Positions 1 through 7,703 of a stretch of 25,700 bases of DNA are shown here, piece by piece. The stretch is from assembly GCA_964607485.1 (NCBI GenBank), contig CAZSKP010000028.1:38087-63786 (forward strand). The letters run 5' to 3'. Source of the stretch: an uncultured bacterium (GTDB lineage Bacteria > Abyssobacteria > SURF-5). The position numbers and the translations under genes were made by a program. The notes beneath the pieces were generated by a model. The model ran no database searches. It was not told the DNA's origin and saw nothing but the letters and a program-made list of their open reading frames with translations. How positions within the stretch are numbered: position 1 is the stretch's first letter; every line of letters starts with the position of its first letter.

Positions 1-1222
1 GTTCTCTCAAGAGCGGCATTATGTCGGTGCGGAAATGCGTCTGAATCTCACCGGAAACTCGCCATGCCTTCGCCCAATAGTGGTTATGATAAATCGTGTT
101 GACGGAATATATAAACACAGCGGCGCAAGGGAGCAGTGATTTGAGCCTTTGCCATCGGGTAATGCTCGGCTGAAAAGAGAGTAATTGTCCCAGGATCATG
201 CAGAATCCGATAGAGGGCAGGTAATTCCAACGGCTTCCAGCCAGGTCTCCATACCCGTATACGCCAGTCATTATCGCAATAGGGATTGCAGTTACGACGA
301 TCCATGCAACCCCGAGAACGATTGCGATTCTGGAATCCGCCCTCACAAGAAAAACAACCGCCAGCACCGCGAGAAAACAAGCTGCCACTAGCGGCAGCCA
401 CTCTGAGATCGCGCCTACACCGTAATGAGGAACCACCAGGCTTCCGAAGAGGACTGCATAATTCAGCAAGATGTTCGGATCGATGATTGAAGGCAAGTCG
501 GGCGAACTGATCCCGTGATGGCGCAGGAATGCCGCTCTTGCCGTCCAACAGCCGAATAGAACAAGAAAATATAGAAAACCCACAACCACCGGCAACAGGA
601 TGTGCCGGACCTCGAATCTTTTTTTCAAAAGCAAAACAGCCGACCATATTGCGGCAATGGCCGGAAGCGTGGCAGCGGGCTCCTTTGACAACAGCGACAA
701 TATGGCAGACACGAAACAGAGCAAAACATATTGCATTTTCTTCGTGTTTAAGAAACCGGTCAAGGACAGGAGCGATATTAAGACAAACAGTGTATACACG
801 CTGTCAAAGAGACAGCACGGCCAAAGCACCGCTTCAAGGTGGCCGGTGTATACCGAAAAAATGCAGGCGGTCAAGAATGCGGTTCGTTCTCGAAGAACTT
901 TACCGACCAGGAAATAGACGAGAACGCCATTGCCGATATGAAGGGCAAGTGTTAAGGCATGCCAACACGCCGGCGCTGATCCCAAGAGTTTATACAATGC
1001 AACCCACATTATCACGGGAACCGGCCTATAGAAGTAAGCAGACTGCCGAAGGCCAAGTGCGAAGAGGTTTTCCACCGACAGAACGAAGTTGGCGGCATGC
1101 AGATTGAACTCGAAGTCATCACCGAGAAATTGACCCCACAATTTGGGGAAGAAGACGATGAGATTGAGAATCGCTATCAAGAATATTTTTGACCGAACTC
1201 TTCCTTTCCAAACAGGCTTCAC
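1..1222 (-). CDS. TMTC-like / GT-C fold polytopic membrane glycosyltransferase (3' end runs off the window)
   Basis: Not in the ORF track because no stop falls in the window. Manual translation from GTG at 1222 (GGAGA upstream) is open for 407 codons: FLGDDF, FYRP, WHALTLALHIGN, HLEAVLW, LLSKE, RWNYLPSIGF, with many hydrophobic segments. These motifs are typical of TMTC-type O-mannosyltransferase membrane domains. Confidence 0.85.
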   Translation of the reverse strand, partial: MKPVWKGRVRSKIFLIAILNLIVFFPKLWGQFLGDDFEFNLHAANFVLSVENLFALGLRQSAYFYRPVPVIMWVALYKLLGSAPACWHALTLALHIGNGVLVYFLVGKVLRERTAFLTACIFSVYTGHLEAVLWPCCLFDSVYTLFVLISLLSLTGFLNTKKMQYVLLCFVSAILSLLSKEPAATLPAIAAIWSAVLLLKKRFEVRHILLPVVVGFLYFLVLFGCWTARAAFLRHHGISSPDLPSIIDPNILLNYAVLFGSLVVPHYGVGAISEWLPLVAACFLAVLAVVFLVRADSRIAIVLGVAWIVVTAIPIAIMTGVYGYGDLAGSRWNYLPSIGFCMILGQLLSFQPSITRWQRLKSLLPCAAVFIYSVNTIYHNHYWAKAWRVSGEIQTHFRTDIMPLLRE

Positions 1223-1428
1223 TGCGGTTCTCCCATTCTCGAAGCGGCGTACAATATGCTGGAGAGTTTTTTGATTTCTCCTGGGGGAAACGTTAATAGT
1301 CTAGATTTATCTCAGAAGAGCAGAAGGATTCACCGAGTTTCTATTGCGCGCTATGAGGGAGAGCGGTTCCTCTCTTCGTTTTTTGCTGGAGAATATCACA
1401 CGCATCTCCCCAAAATCAATCTTGTTTC

Positions 1429-2292
1429 TCAGAACGAGAGCTGTTTGAGGACCGGGGGCAGGCGTTGGAGGTCGAGGATCATCTCGGCGATGGTCTGGTA
1501 TCTGTCGGCGGGGTCTTTTTCGAGCGCTCGCAGCGTCACCTCGTCAAGTTGACGAGGAATCTTCTTCTCGACGTAGGAAGGCGGCGCAGGCTTCGTCTTC
1601 TTGCTTATGACCATCTTCATGTAGAGTTCCCTATCCTGCTTCTTGTAGGGCAGGTCGCCTGTGAGAAGCTCATATATCACCAGCCCGAGCGAATAAATGT
1701 CGGTCCGGATGTCGAGGGCCTTGCCGCGGATTTGTTCCGGCGACATATAAAAGGGAGTTCCGGCCCGTGACTTCGGACTGCGCAGGCTCCAGAAATCTTC
1801 GGCGATGCTCAGGCCGAAGTCGGCGACCTTCACTTGACCTGTTTGGGATAGGAGAATATTCTCCGGCTTGATATCCATGTGGATGATGCTGTGGAATCGG
1901 CCGTCCTCCAGCTTGTGTTGATGAATGTAGTGCAGCCCCCCGCAAATCTTCAGCACGAGGCTCAGCGCGTCGTACAGGCTCAGTGTTCGTGACTGGATGA
2001 GGGGACGAAGGTTGCCGCCGTCCATGAACTCCATCAGCAGATAACCGATTCCGTTTTCCAGATGCAGCCCGTAGATGTCTATCACGTTGGGATGCTGGAG
2101 CTTTTTTGCCACCTTGACTTCTCGGGCGAGGTAGTGCGAGCGTTTGCGGTTATCGAGGAAATGTTCGGGTAGGACTTTGATGGCTATCTGGCGGCCGCCG
2201 CGTTCCTCTCGGGCGAGAAATACTCTGCCCATTCCTCCTTCGGCGATGGGCGAGATTATCGTGTAATTCCCTACTTTTCCTTCTATGGGCAT
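1429..2292 (-). CDS. Hanks-type Ser/Thr protein kinase, kinase domain only
   Basis: AEGGMG loop, IAIK, HMDIKPEN catalytic loop, DFG, GTPFYMSPEQ, DIYSLG; no transmembrane or sensor domain. Confidence 0.95.
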   Translation of the reverse strand: MPIEGKVGNYTIISPIAEGGMGRVFLAREERGGRQIAIKVLPEHFLDNRKRSHYLAREVKVAKKLQHPNVIDIYGLHLENGIGYLLMEFMDGGNLRPLIQSRTLSLYDALSLVLKICGGLHYIHQHKLEDGRFHSIIHMDIKPENILLSQTGQVKVADFGLSIAEDFWSLRSPKSRAGTPFYMSPEQIRGKALDIRTDIYSLGLVIYELLTGDLPYKKQDRELYMKMVISKKTKPAPPSYVEKKIPRQLDEVTLRALEKDPADRYQTIAEMILDLQRLPPVLKQLSF

Positions 2293-2305
2293 CCCGCGAT
2301 TATGC

Positions 2306-3298
2306 TCAGTCTTGTGCCATCCGCGCCCCTATTGGCGCGGCCTCCGACGGGCGAGCCGAGGGCAGAAGCAGGCGTTCGACTACTCTGTTGACGCACGACG
2401 CCGCCTTGCAGTCGGGCGCATATACGGTGAATGGGACCATCCTCTTCGCTGAAGTCCTGACGAGGGGGTCTTCGACAACCTGACCCAAGCACCGCGCATC
2501 TATCGAAAGATATTTTCCGATTATGTTCTTCAGCTTCTCGCCCAGCCGCGCGTCGCTTTCCGAGGTGGTCATGTTCACTATGATATTGGGCATGAAATGC
2601 GAAAGCATCGTCTTTGCCTCGAGCCAGCATTCGGGGTTCAACGTGGCGAGCTGGCCCATCAGCTCCTGGATTGCGGAGATTCCGGAATTGCTGTGAGGGT
2701 TCATCCCCCGCTTGAGAAGTTCCATCACGAGCGAGTATTGGCGGAAGGCCATGCTGAACCTTCTGTACAGGACGTTCTTCACAAACCCGTAGCTGTTGAC
2801 TATGGAGGTGGGTTCAGGGATGGTCACCAGGATTCCGTCATCGGTCACCGAAAAGAAATCCATCACGTCATACGAGCTGCCGGCGCCTATATCGATGATG
2901 ATGTGGTCGGCTCTTAATGAGCGAAGCCCGTTGATGATTTTCGCCTTCTGGGCGAACTTGGGATTGGCCTGACTGGGAACGTTTCCCGCGCTGCTTATGA
3001 ACCGGACTCCGTGGTAGCCGGTATCGAGCACGATTTCTTCCAGGGTCTTCACGCGGCGGGAGAGAAAGTCGCTGATGACGTACTTCGGCGCCTGCATGCC
3101 CAGGTAGGTGTGCAGATTCGCTCCGCCGAGGTCGGCATCGACGAGGATAACTTCTCTGCCCATCCTGCCGAGTTCGAGCGCGATAGCGCAGGCGATGACA
3201 CTTTTTCCAACTCCACCCTTGCAACCGGCAACCGTTATGATTCTGCGCGACGCCTCCGCGCCGTTTCTCTCCATCGACAGGCTTCCCCGCACTGACAC
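2306..3298 (-). CDS. MinD/FlhG-like ParA-family ATPase
   Basis: Deviant Walker A KGGVGKS, LVDADLGGANLHTYLG, IIDIGAG, PEPTSIVNSYGFVK. Start may instead be ATG at 3274. Confidence 0.92.
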   Translation of the reverse strand: MSVRGSLSMERNGAEASRRIITVAGCKGGVGKSVIACAIALELGRMGREVILVDADLGGANLHTYLGMQAPKYVISDFLSRRVKTLEEIVLDTGYHGVRFISSAGNVPSQANPKFAQKAKIINGLRSLRADHIIIDIGAGSSYDVMDFFSVTDDGILVTIPEPTSIVNSYGFVKNVLYRRFSMAFRQYSLVMELLKRGMNPHSNSGISAIQELMGQLATLNPECWLEAKTMLSHFMPNIIVNMTTSESDARLGEKLKNIIGKYLSIDARCLGQVVEDPLVRTSAKRMVPFTVYAPDCKAASCVNRVVERLLLPSARPSEAAPIGARMAQD

Positions 3299-3299
3299 G

Positions 3300-4523
3300 C
3301 TATCCCTTCTTGCGGCCTATGAATATAAGGTCTTCGAGATCTTCGATATCAAATTCTTCGACGGAGACGGGCTCATGGCTCTCATGTTCGCCCCTGACAA
3401 CCTTCTTGAAGTCGCCCAGTATTCCGCTCATCCTCGAAGACAGCATCTCCTGTTTTTCATGAAGCTCGAGGAGCTTTTCCTTGAGGCGCTCGACTTCCTC
3501 CAACTGCACGGGCGACTTGACGGGCTGCTCTTCGTCGCGCCTCGGCACAGGCCGGGCACGCTGAGGCTCCGGCGGTCGCGTGGTTGGCGTTACGGGCTCT
3601 TCTTTCCTCTCGGCAAACTCCGGCCTCGGCTCACCCGCCTCAATGGACTCACGGGCGCTCTTTATCTCTGCATCGGGAATCACCACGTCGCGCGCCTGGA
3701 ATTCGTCTGCAGGATCGTAGGCGGCAAGCTCCTCCATGGAATCCGGTTCGGAGACATCCGATTCATCCGACCTTTCCCGCTCAGTGGATTCAACCAGACG
3801 CTCCCGGTCGAATGGAGGAATGAAGTCGCCCTCACCCGGAAAAGCGGCGGGCGCCTTATCGCCGAAAGACTCGTCCAAGGCCCACTCGTCTTCCTCCTCC
3901 GTCGTCTCTTCTACAACAACCTCTCCGTCTGCTCTCACCTCGTCAATCGCTTCGACAGCCGGAGCCGCATCGTCGACTTCCTCCTCTTCGACTTCGGCCT
4001 CTTCCGTCTCCGATGGGCTGACATCCACCTCGATGGGTTTCATCCGAGCCATCAGCCACTGGTAGCGCGAGTTCCACTGTTCAAGTTGACGCGTGTCGAG
4101 AGCGCGCACGCCGGGCACTGCGTCGCCAATGGCATCCTTGAATATAATTGCGAACTCGCGAATCAGTGCCACTCCCTCTTCGTCAAGGTCCAGCCGTTCG
4201 CCCGAGACCGTTTCGAAATAGGCCAGCACTTGCCCGGCCGCCTGGGCGAGTTCTTCCTCACCCACCGTTTCGGCCTCCAGCTTGAGGAGAGAAACCTGGC
4301 TGGCGGCCTTCTGCACGAGCCAGGTGTAGTCGATTCCCTGTCGCACGGCGAGGTCAACCGATTGAAGAGTTTTCTGAAGAGTGATTAAGTGCAGGAAAAT
4401 ATTTCCGCTTTTTCTTGGCTGGGCAGGCGGTTTGAGGACAGGGCTGGATATAGAAGCCGCGGACGGGACTGGCCGCGGTTTTTTCCTGAACCATCTAAAA
4501 GGGTTGAGGGAAAATTTTGCCAT
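3300..4523 (-). CDS. Acidic hypothetical protein: N-terminal amphipathic segment, HPt-like helical region, long Glu/Pro-rich linker, C-terminal coiled coil
   Basis: 407-aa ATG ORF directly behind a consensus promoter and abutting the MinD-like gene. Domain description is by eye. Confidence 0.8.
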   Translation of the reverse strand: MAKFSLNPFRWFRKKPRPVPSAASISSPVLKPPAQPRKSGNIFLHLITLQKTLQSVDLAVRQGIDYTWLVQKAASQVSLLKLEAETVGEEELAQAAGQVLAYFETVSGERLDLDEEGVALIREFAIIFKDAIGDAVPGVRALDTRQLEQWNSRYQWLMARMKPIEVDVSPSETEEAEVEEEEVDDAAPAVEAIDEVRADGEVVVEETTEEEDEWALDESFGDKAPAAFPGEGDFIPPFDRERLVESTERERSDESDVSEPDSMEELAAYDPADEFQARDVVIPDAEIKSARESIEAGEPRPEFAERKEEPVTPTTRPPEPQRARPVPRRDEEQPVKSPVQLEEVERLKEKLLELHEKQEMLSSRMSGILGDFKKVVRGEHESHEPVSVEEFDIEDLEDLIFIGRKKG

Positions 4524-4597
4524 TCGGCTCGACTCCCTCTACCGTTCCGCCACAAGATATTGTGTATGTAGCTCCATGCTTCTCACAACTTGCAAAA

Positions 4598-4626
4598 ATT
4601 ATACCCAAGAAGAGAGAAAATGTCAA
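4598..4626 (-). promoter_or_regulatory. sigma70 promoter, perfect consensus
   Basis: Minus strand reads TTGACA-N17-TATAAT, about 75 nt upstream of the ATG at 4523. Confidence 0.85.
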
Positions 4627-4680
4627 AAATTGCCCAGAGACCAGCGAACGCGCTCCCGCGCATTCGCGCTCCAGGCCCCG

Positions 4681-5625
4681 CTATATCTCGACTTGCTCGA
4701 CAATATCCCGCAACACGGAGGCCGACCGTTTCAGGGCGACCAGTTCTTCTTCGGCCAAAGGCGATTCGAGAATGCGATGCACGCCCTCTCTGTTGAGTAT
4801 CGCCGGAACGCTCAAGGCTATGTCGTTGATTCCGAATTGGCCGTCCAGTGGCGTCGAGACGGTCATGACACCGTTCGAGTCTCTTATGATGGCTCCGATT
4901 ATGTTTTCGAGCGCAAGGCTGACAGCAAAATTCGTGGCGCCTTTCGATTCGATCACGTGATAGGCCGAGTCCTTTACGGCGTCGGAAATTCGCTGGCGCT
5001 CCTCGGCGCTGCAATCAAGCCCGCAGATGGAACAGAATTGAAGTATCGGGATTCCCGCGATGTGTGTCAGGCTCCACGCAGCCAGCTCGCTGTCTCCATG
5101 TTCTCCGAGTATGTAGGCATGAACGTTGCGCGAGTCCACCTGGCAGTGCTCGCTCAACATGAATCGAAAACGTGCGCTGTCGAGCACGGTGCCCGAGCCG
5201 ATTACCCGCGTCGCGGGCAGGCCCGACACTTTGTAAGCCACGTACGTGAGTATATCAACAGGATTGGTGACCATGACGATGATGGAGTCGCTGGTGTATC
5301 GCATGACCTGTGCGACGATGTCCTTGCATATCTTCGTGTTTCTCTGCACGAGGTCGAGCCTGGTCTCACCCGTCTTCTGCTTCGCCCCCGCCGTTATGAC
5401 GACGATGGCCGCTCCGGCGCAATCGGAGTAGTCCCCCGCCCTTACTTCCACGTAAGGAACGAACAACAGGCCGTGGTTGAGGTCCATCGCCTCGCCCTCG
5501 GCCTTCTCCCTGTTCACATCCACGAGGACGATCTCGCCGAACAGCCCGCTGCGCATCAGCGTGAACGCAAGCGTCGAGCCGACCGCGCCGGCTCCGACTA
5601 TCACGATCTTCGCCCGTTCTGCCAC
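4681..5625 (-). CDS. ldh: L-lactate dehydrogenase
   Basis: GAGAVG Rossmann motif, AGAKQKTGETRLDL (Gln specificity residue of LDH rather than Arg of MDH), NPVD, GTVLDSARF, GEHGDS. GTG at 5625 follows GGAGAG; the track start is 5640. Confidence 0.92.
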   Translation of the reverse strand: MAERAKIVIVGAGAVGSTLAFTLMRSGLFGEIVLVDVNREKAEGEAMDLNHGLLFVPYVEVRAGDYSDCAGAAIVVITAGAKQKTGETRLDLVQRNTKICKDIVAQVMRYTSDSIIVMVTNPVDILTYVAYKVSGLPATRVIGSGTVLDSARFRFMLSEHCQVDSRNVHAYILGEHGDSELAAWSLTHIAGIPILQFCSICGLDCSAEERQRISDAVKDSAYHVIESKGATNFAVSLALENIIGAIIRDSNGVMTVSTPLDGQFGINDIALSVPAILNREGVHRILESPLAEEELVALKRSASVLRDIVEQVEI

Positions 5626-5662
5626 GGCCTCTCCGTTCACTCAACGCATCGTTAATGCTTTA

Positions 5663-5733
5663 TGTCATTCCCATGAAAGTGGGAATCTAGTCTCCAGAAA
5701 GAACTCTGGATTCCCGTTTTCACGGGAATGACA
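5663..5733. repeat. REP-like doublet of ATTCCC-N8-GGGAAT units in inverted orientation
   Basis: TGTCATTCCCATGAAAGTGGGAATC...GATTCCCGTTTTCACGGGAATGACA; each arm is itself palindromic. Confidence 0.85.
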
Positions 5734-5812
5734 GTGAGTGCGAGGAAACCAACACGTTACCCAAGCTGTTCCTCGGACAAAGCGCCAGTCGCCTGCGAAG
5801 ACTCTTGATACT

Positions 5813-7249
5813 TCACACCTCGATGCCCGCCATCCGCTTCGCCCTGTTGGCGTACTCCTCCAGCGGCGCCTCGAACAGTATCATCATCTTCTGGGCTTCC
5901 ATCGAGCCCTCGGCGTGCACGGTCGTCACCTCCATGTGACCGTGCTCGGCGGATGCGACCATTCTGTGCGCCAACTGGATCAGGCGCAGGCGGTCCTCGG
6001 TGGTGAACCTGTCGGACCCGCCGAGGTAATGCTTAATGTATTCGTGCGTATCCGGATTCTGCCAGTCCCTGTATGTCGGTGCGGTCGTGATAATCCCGCC
6101 GGCAACATCCTGGATCAGTTGGATGAACGTGTGATAGCCGCTCGCGAAGTGAAGCTTCGCCATGTTGGCTATCAAAGGATTTGGAACGGCTATGTCGCCG
6201 TACATGACCGGGTCCTTCGCGGCGGCCTGCGTGAGCGCCTTCAGGGTTTCGACGTACGCGGCCATATCGGCCAGTTTGCCCCGTATATGCCCGGCTCGTT
6301 CGAGCCCGTTGGCCTCGGCCATCGCGATGCCGCAGCCGGCCATCGTCTCGACAATGGGAATCTTGTAACTTATGGCAGTGAAGCGGTGGAAACTCGCGAA
6401 GGTGTACGCCAGCAGCATCGAGAACTGCCATTCGCCACACATGAACACGCGCTCCCACGGGACGAAGACATTGTCGAAAACTATCATCGCCTCCGACAAG
6501 CTGCGTATCGGCGCTCCATAGGGGAACTCGTGCGGGCTCAGATCGCCCCGCCCCGGCCGACATATCATAGTGATGCCCTCTGCGTTCGCGGGAACGGCGA
6601 AGCTGAGCGCGTAGTCGCCCTCGTCCTCGCGCATCTGCCGCGTGGGCGTGACGATTATCTCGTTCGCCACGGGCGCGCTCGTTATGTGCAGCTTAGCCCC
6701 CTTGACGACGATGCCGTCCTTCTGTTTATCCACCACGCGGACATAATAATCGGGGTGCTTCTGCTTCGAGGGCGGCTTGCTTCTGTCGCCCTTCGCGTCG
6801 GTGACGGCGCCACACATGGCCGAATCGTTCTTCCTTATGTGGCGCAGAAAATTCTTCGCGCGCTCCTTGTACTCCTCGTTGCCCATCCGGTCGGCGACGA
6901 CCATGACCGCGTTCAGGCAATCGGTGCCGACGTCCTTGCCGAACGGCAACCCGCCAGTGAGCCTGATGGACTCGCCGATCATCCTGCTCCTTTTGTCAAG
7001 GTCCTCGACCGTCTTCGGCGTCTTGAAAAAACGGCTTATCGGCTCGCCCGTCTCGTCATCCTTCGCCACAAACAGGTCTCGCACCTTCGGGTCCTTCGCC
7101 TCCGTCAGCACGAAATCCTGGGCGACCGTCTCGACGGTAACCTTGAGGATGGGGTGCGTCGTCACGTCCTCGACCTTCTCGCCCAGAATATACACGCGCC
7201 TTCCATCGCGCAGACTTTCGCGGTACTCATCGGGAGTCCTGAGCGCCAT
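5813..7249 (-). CDS. 4-hydroxybutyryl-CoA dehydratase / 4-hydroxyphenylacetate 3-hydroxylase (AbfD/HpaB) family flavoprotein
   Basis: YRESLRDGRRVYILGEKV, AVTDAKGDRSK, GIVVKGAKLHIT, EAMIVFDNVFVPWERVF, HAEGS. ATG at 7249 follows GGAGG; the track start is 7276. Confidence 0.9.
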   Translation of the reverse strand: MALRTPDEYRESLRDGRRVYILGEKVEDVTTHPILKVTVETVAQDFVLTEAKDPKVRDLFVAKDDETGEPISRFFKTPKTVEDLDKRSRMIGESIRLTGGLPFGKDVGTDCLNAVMVVADRMGNEEYKERAKNFLRHIRKNDSAMCGAVTDAKGDRSKPPSKQKHPDYYVRVVDKQKDGIVVKGAKLHITSAPVANEIIVTPTRQMREDEGDYALSFAVPANAEGITMICRPGRGDLSPHEFPYGAPIRSLSEAMIVFDNVFVPWERVFMCGEWQFSMLLAYTFASFHRFTAISYKIPIVETMAGCGIAMAEANGLERAGHIRGKLADMAAYVETLKALTQAAAKDPVMYGDIAVPNPLIANMAKLHFASGYHTFIQLIQDVAGGIITTAPTYRDWQNPDTHEYIKHYLGGSDRFTTEDRLRLIQLAHRMVASAEHGHMEVTTVHAEGSMEAQKMMILFEAPLEEYANRAKRMAGIEV

Positions 7250-7327
7250 TGTCTGATGCCTCCTCTCGTGCGTCAAAAAACCGCTTAATACGACGGCAAA
7301 GTTTCGTTCTTCGGCATTCGATAATTC

Positions 7328-7356
7328 ATTATACGGAGAACCAGCGCGATGGTCAA
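7328..7356 (-). promoter_or_regulatory. sigma70 promoter for the AbfD/HpaB-family gene
   Basis: Minus strand reads TTGACC-N17-TATAAT. Confidence 0.75.
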
Positions 7357-7471
7357 TGTGAAAATGAGTGCGGAGGATTTCGTGGAAATGATGGGAGCGA
7401 TTGCTGCAGGGCTATCCGGCGTTCGCGCAGCGAAACGGTTATTACGAGGAGCGCGAAATGGTTCGCACCCC

Positions 7472-7593
7472 TGTCATCCTGAACAAAGGGTCTCGGACCC
7501 GTGGGCCGCAGGCCCGAGTGAAGGATCTCGTCTTTCGCCGGAACCGCCGTTATCTTGGAGATTCTCCGGTCGCTTCGCTCCCTCAGAATGACA
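7472..7593. repeat. REP/MITE-like inverted-repeat element
   Basis: Terminal IR TGTCATCCTGA / TCAGAATGACA, inner GGATCTC / GAGATTC, nested small hairpins; tail AGAATGACAAC duplicated at 7604-7614. Confidence 0.75.
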
Positions 7594-7641
7594 ACCAATA
7601 ACGAGAATGACAACTATTAGCTGCTCGGAGCAGAAGAAGAA

Positions 7642-7673
7642 GTCATGTGAGGCCGGTGAGCGGCCCACATGAC
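7642..7673 (-). terminator. Probable intrinsic terminator of the OYE-like gene
   Basis: GTCATGTG-GGCCG stem followed on the minus strand by TTCTTCTTCT, 30 nt after the stop. Confidence 0.55.
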
Positions 7674-7703
7674 CGAATCGTTCAGGCGCGCGGAAGAGCG
7701 GGT

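Noticed and set aside
84-1107. Short ORFs listed in the first 1.1 kb
   Set aside because: All overlap the open TMTC-like frame on the minus strand.
5738-7288. 516-aa plus-strand ORF and similar long antisense ORFs (3108-4388, 4381-5655, 10540-11763, 12356-13735, 14978-16090, 19392-20330)
   Set aside because: They are shadows of well-supported genes on the other strand in GC-rich DNA, with no recognisable motifs.
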